A stretch of 64,000 bases of DNA, taken from contig RDEW01000011.1 in NCBI GenBank assembly GCA_011109175.1, positions 1,107,389 through 1,171,388 of the forward strand, read 5' to 3'. The notes under the pieces are model-generated. The model saw only the letters and a list, made by a program, of their open reading frames with translations. It had not been told where the DNA came from and did not search any database. The DNA comes from Dicyema japonicum (taxonomy: Eukaryota > Animalia > Dicyemida). A program made the position numbers and the translations under genes. This document shows positions 26,951 to 38,329 of the stretch, one piece after another. Numbering within the stretch: position 1 is the first letter of the stretch; every line of letters starts with the position of its first letter.

Positions 26951-29096
26951 CTATTTCATTCTATCAACTGGGAAAATAGTCCTATCACTATATGCAAGCT
27001 TTAATGTTTTAATTTAAAACAATATATTTATTTATCAAATAAATATATTATAAAATTCATGATGATATTTGTGATAATATTTTTACTTTTTTCACTAATT
27101 GTGGAAGATCAGGCCAGTTGGCATCCATCCCCTTAAATACAATTAAAAGAGTCACCTCAAAGCTGAACCCTCCTTCTGAGTTGTGCACTATCAATTAATG
27201 ACCAATATGGGTTGCATCGATCTTAACTGACAATGCGAAGGCCCCTTCAACGGAGGTTGACTTTCTTACAAGGAACTCCCCCACCCTATCCCCCATTAAT
27301 TTTGTTATAGCCTCCTCTCTGTTTAAATTAACAAAATTTATATTTTTGAGTATTAAACATAAATTGAATTTTAAACAACCTTGTGAAGTGTGGTTGATAC
27401 CAAGTGTATTCCAATTTCTCATATAATGAATCATTCCCTGTGGTCAATTCTTTGATTGAATATTTAGTATGAAAAGAGGCGGTCCCATGTCCTCTGTCGT
27501 TTTTGTTTTGTTTGGTATTTTCTAAAATTGAATAGCAAAGAGACTATTAAAATATCTAAGAATTTTGCGAGTTTTCTTTGTGCTAACTTTTTTCTTTTCC
27601 TTGTTTTCCTTAAATAATTCATTTCTAGAAACCTCGACAGTCTTTTCACGTTCCATGGGAATGAACAAAAATGATTCAGTTGAAATCAATAGCTCTTTGG
27701 GGTAAAAAATTACCCTTTCAAGTTTACCATTGCCTCCCTCTTGGTTTGTTAGGCTTGGTCCCTTACTAAACACTACAAATAAGAGACTTCACATACAGGG
27801 TTGGTTCTTCTGTCTCCTCTCCATATTGTTGGATGTTGTCTCCGTCAAAACGTCATCAATAATCGGGCATAGAGTGTCATCGTTGTCCATATTATTCAAG
27901 GAAACCGGTTTATGCACATTGGGTTTTTTCACAAATTCAAAATACTCGTTAAGATTCCTGCGGTTCTCTTTGTAAGCCGGGAGAACGCGGAACCTAAGCA
28001 TGAAAGCCAAATGACACCTGAATCCGGAAGACTTGCAATCGTCCACAGGAGCCCCAGGAGAGTGTAAATCATCCATCTATACAAACAATTGTCTGGTTAA
28101 ACGGCGTGAAATAACAAAAGGAATAATTTAAACGGCTTGGAAACGGTAGGAATAAATTAAAGGCCAAATAATTGCGGTAGTTTTAAGACAAAAGGGTGGT
28201 TAATTATTAGCCACGTGCAAGTGCGATTATTAATATGGATTATTCAGTTTTATGCAGATTTAGTACTCTCAATCAATAAGCTATACATTAAGACAGTTTT
28301 CATTGAATTTCCTGTCGGTTGGCCTTGACTAGAATTTAACAAATGACTCACCTTTTGTGGCATTTGGAGGTCAGTGTTGCTTTGGTTGTTTGTCTTCCTG
28401 ATTTCGACTGCTTCTTTAAAGGCTGCTTTGATTTTATGGTTGATGTGGTCAATCTAGTATTAGCCAAACGATACTTGAAATTTTGACTTTGTTGAAAAAA
28501 AGTGGCAAAATTGGACAGACTTTTTGTAGTGCTGGTAGACAGTATCTGAGTTGTTGGGATTTCTTGCAATTATGGCGAATCTTCCAGTTCTGGGGTCGCA
28601 GAGTGCGTGAGATATTCTCTTCATGGAGTGAACCATTCTCAAATTCTAAAAATGTGCGTAATTAATGAAATTAAAGTCTGGTAAGCGAAGTCGAGTCGCA
28701 GAGATCTCCATTTACTACCTCAGAACAAAGTCCAGTAACTCTGATTTGCCTGCTCGAAATTGCAATCACAGCTGTCTCCCCCGAAAATGAGTTTTTCTAG
28801 AAAAATCGATTATGCCAGAAGAACTTTAATTGCTTAAAGTAGTAATAAAATTAGCGAATCAATTATTTTGACAAAAACCTGTATTTTCTGCAAATGTTTC
28901 ACTGCCCTGGAAATCTTCCCTTCCATGCACGTGCTCTCCAATAGAATGGATCCCTCATACTACATTGTTAACGAAATTTTAAAATCGAATGTTTTTTTGG
29001 ATATTTTAGTAATTATACCTTAACGAAACAGTGGTTTGAGTAAATGTGGTTTCCACAAGGGAAGGAGTCTTTACTTGAGATCGCTGAGGTTTTCAT
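26951..29096 (-). CDS. PTB (PID) + SH2 domain adaptor protein (SHC/SH2D5/tensin-like SH2); one in-frame TAA in the SH2, possibly a pseudogene or null allele
   Basis: Exons 29096-29019, 28959-28879, 28796-28719, 28645-28475, 28453-28352, 28328-28287, 28076-27797, 27772-27545, 27521-27380, 27318-27156 and 27131-? all join in frame with GT-AG introns. PTB: FVKYEGS...IAISSRQI...RISHALCDP..FAIIARNP..CHFF..IKAAF. SH2: WYQPHFTREEA..GEFLVRKS..AFALSV..H*LI. The 3' end is uncertain. Confidence 0.85.
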
Positions 29097-30499
29097 GGCG
29101 ACTAAAAAAACTAACGAAAAAAATGACGACGCGCAGTTTTAATATAAGAAAGCTGATCGATACAGCAATTTGTTAACAATAAGAATATCGTTGACATTTA
29201 GAAGCAGATATCCTAAAGTGGCTGTAAGTAATATTTATGCAAAGTTGGCTGATATCCCCATCACGTTAAAGTACATCTATTTATCGTACTATGCATGTTT
29301 CCTTTGACACAACACTAAGCAATTATTGGTAACCATCTAATTTTTAAATTCCAAGATTTCTCTGGTAAATCTCATATTTTCTTGGGTATTTTGGATGTGA
29401 ATGAATGGTCAATTAGTCTAATTGTTTTGATGGCTAATTACACATTATTGGCTATTCCAGACATTGGGTACACATTTAATGAATTTGGTGGGTTTCGGGG
29501 TGACGGTAGTCACGTTGACGTAAATTAAACAGTTAAACCAACGGAAATTAAGCAAAAATTAAGGGATTATGTGACGTAATAATCAGACAGACAACTATTA
29601 TATGACAGTCTGACGGTAGTCACGTTGACGTAAATTAAACAGTTAAACCAACGGAAAATAAGCAAAAATTAAGGGATTATGTGACGTAATAATCAGACAG
29701 ACGACTATTATATGACAGTCGATAAAGTGTGATAAATCTTTATTATTGTTAAATCGCCTGGAACAGCGAAAAAGAAGCAAATCAATCAGGCGACCCTAGT
29801 TACCATTTATTTTTTATATAAATCTACGGATAGGTTCCTTTTTTGGATTTTTTACAAATAAATTGTATATTCGAGTTATCAAAGGAAATATTTTCACATT
29901 GAATTAATATTCTGGCTATTTTCCTAATATCCTCTGCGGATTCAATGTTTTTAATACCAAGACCAGTTAATCAATTGGTTAAAGTTGCGCCAGGATGAAC
30001 TGTCTACTTAATGATAGATAAACACCCTTGTCTTTTATCTTCTCCCAGGAATGGACTATGTGACAGACTCAGGATAATTGAACCCATAATTTCGACTTAA
30101 GAACAATAGGCTACATTAAGTCTATGGGCTCGAATTAGTCCAGACCCAAATTGAAAGAATTTGGAGGTTAATCTATCAAAAATATAATGTTATGTCGTGA
30201 GCCTCAGGTGAGATCGAACCGCAGATGCAATTCGTCAATGTCAAACATGTCGAAAATAAAATCAATCGATTTATCAAAAAAAATTGAGCTACTTCCAATT
30301 ATGTCAACGGGGACCACTTTTGATTAATTTTTGTGTCTTGTTTTAAGTAAAAAAAATAAAAATAATTATCAACGGTTTTTCGACAAGGGGTCTACTACAG
30401 AAGGTAGAGCAATGAATTATGTACTCTGACTCAGTAAAAGTTATAGTTTTTTTTTCCAACACTAAGTTAAGATTTTTAATTGGCAAAACTATTTGAATA

Positions 30500-31440
30500 C
30501 AATGTGGATACTCTTATAGAGGATTCACTCTCTATTGCAATATGTCATATACTTAAAGACTGCGCTACTTTCATTTTATGGTGACAAATAAGAATTCATT
30601 AATGCTGAGGAAATCGATTATATCCTCTTCGCCTATTGGAAGTAGCTCAAATAAACTCAATAAATGGTACCTAATGATGAATTTTCCAAAACAGAAGCTA
30701 TGATATTAAAAGCATGGAAAAAAGGTCGGATGAGCGATGGAGGAAGATCAAAAAGCTTAGGTTCCAAACATGAAGACAGTGAAGACATTGTTTGAAGAAA
30801 GACCCTTGCTACAGAAACACTAAACAAAGTTTAAAAAAACTGTATTGACAGAATACGATCAAGTATATAATTCCGGTTAAAGTTAAACNACAGAAGCTAT
30901 GATATTAAAAGCATGGAAAAAAGGTCGGATGAGCGATGGAGGAAGATCAAAAAGCTTGGTTCCAAACTTGAAGACAGTGAGACATTGTTTGAAGAAAGAC
31001 CCTTGCTACAGAAACACTAAACAAAGTTGAAAAAAACTGTATTGACAGAATACGATCAAGTATATAATTCCGGTTAAAGTTAAACCAGTCCCTCTGTATA
31101 ATTCAATAACGTGGGCAATGCTCAAAGATAAAGAACTTGTGATAGATTTGTTTGACCAAAGAAAGTTCACTTCGGATTGAATTGACCAAATAAAATAGAC
31201 AAGAGTGCTTTTTATAATGTTTGATACGCTTGTTCTTTCAGTCTCGAGATCACTGATTTGAAAAGGAGGCTCATTATTGAGATTGGAAATGGGTATGTTA
31301 GCTAATATAGCAAAGGAGGAGTATTTCATTGAGAAAGGAGCACATTTCTATAGACGCTCACGAGTCACATTTCTTGGGATACTTGATGCTGATCTCAAGT
31401 ACTTTAAAATAAAACGTGGATAACAATTTCATAATTTGAG
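30500..31440 (+). mobile_element. Decayed RTE RT 3' fragment (contains single-N overlap at 30889)
   Basis: KHEDSEDIV*RKTLA and VKPVPLYN resemble 33740-33900. Confidence 0.6.
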
Positions 31441-31539
31441 AGATTAGTCACGACCGTGTTAGGTGACCGTCTTAGTAATTATAAATACAATATTTCCACC
31501 ATATAATTCACACTTGTATTAACAAACTCCTACTTTTTT

Positions 31540-34362
31540 GATGAGGTGGTTACGTGCCTCGTTTCCTGATTGGATCGCAATTGAGAAAAATGTCTAAAAG
31601 GCAAGGGATACAAAGGGATGCATCTCGTCTAAAGGTCCCTACGTTCAATGCTGGAGGCTTATCTACGATCTGGTCGAGGAAGATTCTTTGTGACGACCTG
31701 GAGAGATACGACGTATCTATTGGGAGCCTACAAAAGACGAAAGTTACTTGTAGCCTTGATGAGAACTATGGCGAATATCGAATTATATGTCAGCCGAGCG
31801 ACTAAAAATATTATGGACTTGGATTTGCCATCCACTCAAAGTTGACAAGTGCAGTCCACCGTATATGGATTGTGAATGACAGGATCTGTGTTATACAAAT
31901 CCGACTAAACGACTTGCCTCCTTTGAAGAGCTTTCTGACAATTGTAAATGTTTATGCGCCACACTGCGAGAGAGTAGCGAAAGATCCGACAGAACTAGAC
32001 GACTTATATTCAACACTGTTACGGACGTACAACTAATTTGAGTCGTCATCACTAATACTCATTGCTGGCGATTTGAATGCGAAAATCGGGATGAAAAATA
32101 ACCCGGATGATGTTTTCTTGGGAGAACATGGACGTGGAATAAGAAACCTACCCGGGAAATACTTGGTCACTTTTGTATGGCAAACAACCTTTTCCTATGC
32201 AATACTGCATTTACGCATCCTGCCTGCCACAAAACTACGTGGATGGGGAAGCGAAGGAACTCAGAGGGAAAGCTGGTCCCAATATAAAACCAAATAGATT
32301 ATGTCATATGCCGGGCTAAAGACAAACACCTTCTAGTAAACGCACGTTCATATGAAGGCTCGACGACTGTCAGCGACCACAAGATGGTTATTGCGACCTT
32401 CACCCTGAAAAACCAAAGTCGACTAACCATAAAAGACGAGAACGGTGAGCTGATACTGGACACCAAAGAACAAACTGAAGCCATCGCGGCACACTTTGAG
32501 AAGCTTTTCAACATCAAAAACAAAGAAATCCACCCATTTGATGGAAGGCCAAGACCCCTTGAGATACCAATCACGGCCGAGGAAATCAAAACGGCCTGCC
32601 GAAAACTCAAGAATAACAGAAGCCACCACCAAAGAACAAACTGAAGCCATCGCGGCTCACTTTGAGAAGCTTTTCAACATCAAAACCATAGAAATCCACC
32701 CATTTGATGGAAGGCCAAGACCCCTTGAGATACCAATCACGGCCGAGGAAATCAAAACGGCCTGCCGAAAACTCAAGAATAACAGAAGCCCCGGACCAGA
32801 TGCGATATATCCAGAATTACTGAAATACGGCCCTGACCTCCTTTTTGAAGAAATTCGCTACACTACTAAATGAAACCATTAAATTTATTATTAGGAAACA
32901 TGAGTAGTTAATTACTGAGTCCAGCGGATATGATCGAGTGGCTGTTACCTCTGACTACTGCCAGGGATATCCTTTGGAAAAGTTTTCAACGAAATGTTTT
33001 CAACTAACTCAACTCTACCTCTGGGGGACTACTAATCCCCATACAAAAAACCAACAAAAACAAAGGACCGCTTGAAAATTTGCGACCCATCATACTACTA
33101 AATTCATTACGCAAAGTCATAGCAAACATTGTGCTTGAACGAATAAAAAGATCTGCTTACAAATACCTACCAGATAGTCAAAGTGGTTTTCGAGAAGGGA
33201 GATCCACAGATGATACGGTCTGGAGTCACAGATGAAGGTGTGCAACATATCAAAGATACCGTAACGCCACCAATATTCTGGGAATTGACCTATCAAGAGC
33301 TTTTGATACGGTTAACAGGAACAAATTAATGGGGGTACTGAGCGGATTTCTTGATGAGTCAAGTCTAAGGATGACCCGAATTCTACTTTCCAACACTGAG
33401 CTCCTTGTGAGAGTCGGAAAGACCTATTCAAGAAAATTTGAAACAAACACGGGCACTCCACAAGGAGACTCTCTTTCTCCTCTACTATTCACAATTTATC
33501 TGGAAACCGCTATGAAGGAATTTAGACCGTTATACCAAGGAACGACGGAAGAAGTGATCTACGCGGACGATGTAGACCTAATTTCTGAAGACAAAGAGGT
33601 CCTGGAAAATCTATTAGAAAAAGCACCAGATGTACTAGGGAAATGGTTTCTTACTGTGAACAGAGAAAACAGAACTCAAAGAGATAAGAAGGATGAGTAA
33701 CGTCCTAGAAAAGAAGTGGCGACACGTAAAGAAACTCGGTTCACTTATGGGAAATAGCGAAGATATTTTACGTAGGAAAACTCTAGCCAATGCTGGGTTA
33801 TATAAACTGAAGAATCTATGGCTCAATCAAAAAAGCATCGACACAAAAATGAGAATCCTATTATACGACTCATTCATAAACCCCGTACTTTTATGTAACG
33901 CTGGAACTTGGGCGACCTCATCAGCGGATATGGAAAAACTAGACTCGTTCCACAGAGGTCAACTGAGAAAAATAACAGGAACTACTTGGCCTACGAGAAT
34001 ATCGAGGAATGCTTTATATAAGAGATGCAGAACTTAGAAGTACTGGTATCCCGATAGAAGTTCTTTGGACACGTGCTGAAAATGGAATTAACATCCCCAC
34101 CGAACATATCTATGGAAACATACTATGTTAGTCAAGAAGGCCGCTATCGTGGAAGACCTAGAACAACACTGCCAATAGTCTTACAAAAAGACCTGGTCAA
34201 TATCAAAAGAAATCTAAAAAATGCCGACGACCTGGACAACATGAGAGCCTTGGCTAGGAACAGGGAAGCATGGGAAATGATGACATCTAACCTTGTTTCT
34301 TTTGCTGCACATGCGGGGCTATAATCAGTATAACTCTCGTGAAGTGCTTAAATAATAATATG
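31540..34362 (+). mobile_element. RTE-clade LINE, near full length, decayed
   Basis: APE (TFNAGGL, VNVYAP, AGDLNAK, SDH); RT (PGPDAIYPELLKYG, GIDLSRAFDTV, TPQGDSLSP, YADDVD); C-terminal GRPRTT...ALARNREAW; (TAA)n tail; 166-bp internal tandem duplication at 32461/32627. Confidence 0.92.
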
Positions 34363-34574
34363 GAGAATGTAGATGTACTCTCTCAAGTTCAAACTGTAAC
34401 TCACAGTAATAGCTTCTGGATTTTCTTGAAAGTCAGATTCCTCTATACTTTTTTTCAAAAACAGTATTAAATAAAATTATTCCAAAGACAAAGGTAAAAC
34501 CAAACTAACTAACTCCTAGATCCTGAATCGCTCCAGCATTCCAGAACTTGTATTCAGGTGATGAAATTATCTTC

Positions 34575-34705
34575 CTATCGAAAGAATAGTTGGATCTTTT
34601 TGAATGCCGGTCAGGCATTGGGATTTTCCTAGTAAGGTGGATCCACTGACGGCATCAGAGGGAAGAAAGATAAAATAATAAGCACCACATGACGCTATCG
34701 GCTTC
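34575..34705 (-). mobile_element. Isolated 5' head of the structured LINE family
   Basis: Head motif GCGTCATGTGG plus GGATC...ATGCCtgaccGGCAT...GATCC, as at 37213-37274. Confidence 0.65.
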
Positions 34706-34979
34706 AATTATTAAATCCAGGAATAATTCGGTATCTTTGGAGCAAACTAACGCCTATAAATAAAAGAACTAATTTACATGTGGATAAGTCTGATTGTACA
34801 AAAACATAGCTTTTCGCCTTCTCGCAAACGCATATTGTAATAGATGACAGCAACCAAATAAATGATCATTCTCATTTTCAAATCTAACATAATTTTATAT
34901 ATTTTTGGTCTTTCATATATGAAATCTCTCATTTGGTACATCATCAACATATGATCCATTTACCAAGTTGTACTCTTCA

Positions 34980-35330
34980 TTATCTTTAATAAAAATCCGT
35001 TAGGAGACATCAAGTATACGTAGAAAGTTTGTTAACATGGCAACTTTTCGCCTGATTCTCAGTAAGTCTATGTCAATTCTGTGGTGCATAATCATTTATA
35101 ATGGTCATGCAACTTTTAGGAAGACATTGGTCGTTCTGACTTATTCGCACAACATCAATCCTAATATTCACACGAAAAATGAGGTGTATTCCAGAAATGA
35201 ATATTGAATGGTGAGTCAATCCGATCCTATAATGTTTTGAATCACTATATAGAAGTATCACTCAATATTCTTTGTGGTTCTCGTGGAGATTGCATGTAAT
35301 CTTCATATTCTATGAAAGCCAAAGAAACAT
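34980..35330 (-). mobile_element. RTE APE fragment
   Basis: FRVNIRIDVVRI...MTIINDYAP resembles the RTE APE at 10704 and 31842. Confidence 0.55.
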
Positions 35331-35562
35331 ATGAGTCAGCACAAAGTATCCTCCTCAACCAGGCCTTTCATATAAGTGACTATAAAATACTTTATTTTAT
35401 TATTTATTTAATACTTTGATTGGTAGTGGGTACAGAACAAGCCACAAACCACAGTTAATAGACTTCTTTTTCAATTTTATTTTATGTTATTGATAAATAT
35501 TTTAATTTTTATTAATTTAAAATATTCAATATTAGTGGAGACATCAGCCTATAGTCGTCAAA

Positions 35563-36606
35563 ATGAATGTTCTGTGCACAAATGAACATTTGGTGTCCTA
35601 TTTATTTATCATAATGTCACCAATTATGTTTTTGTCCCTTACTTTTCTTGATGCCCCATATGGGAGATTCTCAAGAGAGGGATATGGTTACTTTATCGAC
35701 CCCAAATTGGCATGGATTTTACAGGAAGTTCCCTCGATTATAGTTACTGCCATAATTTTTATTAATCAGAGAGATATGTTGAATATCCACAATATTTTGG
35801 CAATTAGTCCGTTTTTTATACACTACTTTTACCGGTTAAAGTATTTTCGTTTACTTAGATCTCTGATATATCCATTCANGGGAGATTCGCCAGAGAGGGA
35901 TATGGTTACTTTATCGACCCCAAATTGGCATGGATTTTACAGGAAGTTCCCTCGATTATCGTTACTGCTATAATTTTCATTAATCAGAGAGATATGTTAA
36001 ATATCTACAATATTTTGGCAATTAGTCCGTTTTTTATACACTACTTTTACCGGTTAAAGTATTTTTGTTTACTTAGATCCTTGATATATCCATTCAAAGC
36101 GAGATTTAGTCGTCCTACTCCGTTGTTGCCTTTCATGGTTGCTTTCTGTTTCTGTGCTACTAACGGATTTATTCAGGCTTGTGGGAACATTAACCAAACA
36201 TCACTTAATTTGTGGAGATTTTGCTTGGGATGTGGTGTGTTTATTTGTGGATTTATTATCAACATTCAATCTGACAGAATTCTGGCGTCACTCAGAAATA
36301 ACAGAGGAGCACGTGCTAATAGTGAATATTTTATCCCTCGAGGTTCTCCGATTTTTGATGTTAGGTGGACTATTTAACTATGTTTCTGCTGCCAATTATT
36401 TTGGGGAGATTTTAGAATGGTTTGGATACTTTTTAGCAGTGTGGAACAGACAGAGTCTCGCATTTCTTTTAGCTACATCCTCAAATTTGATTCCACGTGG
36501 CCTCTCCTATCATAGGTGGAATTATTTTTTAATAAGCAGATTTTATTTTAAAAAATTTGGGTCCGATTATCCTCAACGTAAGGCAATAATTCCTTACTTG
36601 CTCTAA
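35563..36606 (+). CDS. SRD5A: Steroid 5-alpha-reductase family (SRD5A1/2-like; subfamily not resolved), about 251 aa after removing the assembly overlap
   Basis: APYGR, AWILQEVPS, HYFYR|SLIYPF, NIQSDRIL, YFIPRG|GLFNYVSAANYFGEILEW, HR|FYFKKF..YP..RKAIIP. Introns 35835-35858 (same intron as 36053-36076; 24 nt), 36343-36364 (22 nt), 36516-36539 (24 nt). 35662-35878 is duplicated across the N at 35879. Confidence 0.92.
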
Positions 36607-36789
36607 TATGCATTATCTGACAAACACTTTTTAGTTAGTTTTAAAATAATAATATTTTTTTCTAGTGAAAAAGCATATACTTTAAAAATAATTACTGTAA
36701 TTAAAATTTAAATATTTCATTCTACTTTTCTTAATGATGAAACTAGAAATTACATAATTTAACGTGCCACAAGGTCACTAGAGGCTATC

Positions 36790-37470
36790 ATGTTTTTACA
36801 AGAATGTTACATTTTACCAAAGAAAAGTTATGTAACTAAGGACATGATATGTCAAGGAACTTTGAGAAGTATCGATGTTCAGTCTGCTGTAAGAGAAGGA
36901 CTTTACGAACGCTTTGGAAACTACAAGTTAATTCTACTCCTACCGGACTGCAATTACTATGGACAGTGTTTGGCTGTGCAAAAGGATTTGCTTTCCGGAT
37001 TATATCGCTTTTGGAAAATCAATGATCGAATTATTGTCATTTAATTACTTATTTATTAACCCCGGATACACCGAGAAAGAAGTTAAAGTAAACAACTATT
37101 TAAGTGTATCCAGTTTCCACTTAAACAGATACCATCCGGAATCAGCATAAAGGGTAAGACGTTCATTACATGCAGTTGTGGAAACCCCTCCAGTGGAGTG
37201 GGGAAAAGCAAATGATCCTTTTTCATGCCGGCCTGGCACTGGGCGTCACCTAGACAGGTGGATCACATGACGCCACTCTATTAGGAAGAGAGAGGAGGAA
37301 CAGACAAGCAAGCAGAAAAATTAAACCAATTAACCACGCAGCACCACATGGCACCACGCGACAAATATTTCAAAAATTACTTATTGAAACAAGAGGAGAA
37401 TCTAGACGGCTAATCTTTATCGTGAATGTGTACGCCGCGTTTTCGAAGACCTGGAAGAATTGGAAGCTTT
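36790..37470 (+). mobile_element. RTE APE fragment split by a 321-bp insertion
   Basis: ...FWKINDRIIVI*LLI resumes after the insertion as LLIETRGESRRLIFIVNVYA. Confidence 0.7.
37054..37374 (-). mobile_element. Short non-autonomous retroelement (LINE 5' head + LINE 3' tail)
   Basis: 11-bp TSD AATTACTTATT at 37043-37053 and 37375-37385; the 3' 55 nt match the tails at 15642-15700 and 54690-54750; 5' head motif; no ORF. Confidence 0.85.
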
Positions 37471-38084
37471 CTACCCCGACTTATATTAGATTGATTATAT
37501 TGTTTGTCCAATAAAAGACAGACCTTTTTTACACAAATCGAGGTCTTATGGAATACTCACATTTGAAAGTTACCATGAATAGTGTCTGTTAATTGTGTAT
37601 TTTTCTTCAACATTTTCACTGTGATGGTTGTTCGGTTATGCATTAGTCACTTCACAACATCCATAATACTATAGGATGTGCATCACAGAAACAATTTGGA
37701 ATGTCAACCTCTATTGTAGGGCTCTCAATTATTTCAATTNCATGAATTATGTCTGTTAATTGTGTATTTTTCTTCAACATTTTTACTGTGATGGTTGTTC
37801 GGTTATGTATTAGTCACTTCACAACAGCCATAATACTATAGGATGCGCATCAAAGAAACAATTTGGAATGTCAACCTCTATTGTAGGGCTCTCAATTATT
37901 TCAATTCTTTTCTCAGGTTTTACATTTTGTAAGACGAACGGCTAAATTATTTTTGGTCTTCCACCAAAACGTCCATCTTATTATTATTCCAAAGACCAAG
38001 GGTAACCAAACTAACTCCTGACTCGTTCAGGCATTCCAGAACTTGTCTCCATGTAACGACATTGTTCCACGCGGAAGAAGAGTT

Positions 38085-38200
38085 GGATCCGCCAGGCATT
38101 GGGCGTCTTCTTAGTATGGTAGATCCATTGAAGCCATAGAAAGAAAAATAACTTATGACCAACTAGCCACATAGCGCCACATGAAAGCCTCTGACAGACA
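38085..38200 (-). mobile_element. 5' head of the structured LINE family (partly deleted)
   Basis: GTGGCGCTATGTGG head and GGATC...GACGCCCAATGCC...GATCC. Confidence 0.6.
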
Positions 38201-38329
38201 TAGTGGCTTTCCTTGTTCTGTCTGGTGGGGATGCCAACTCTACCCTTAGGATATGCCAGAATAGTAAATGATATCTGATGGGAATTGTTCAAAACAAGAA
38301 TCAATCGTTCTCCTTTTATATCGGAAGGC

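Noticed and set aside
27195-27197. TAA/TAG read as Gln (ciliate-type genetic code) to explain in-frame stops in the SH2 and SAP genes
   Set aside because: SRD5A and NAPE-PLD both end in TAA at their expected C-termini, and the SH2 stop sits at a Tyr position; the standard code fits
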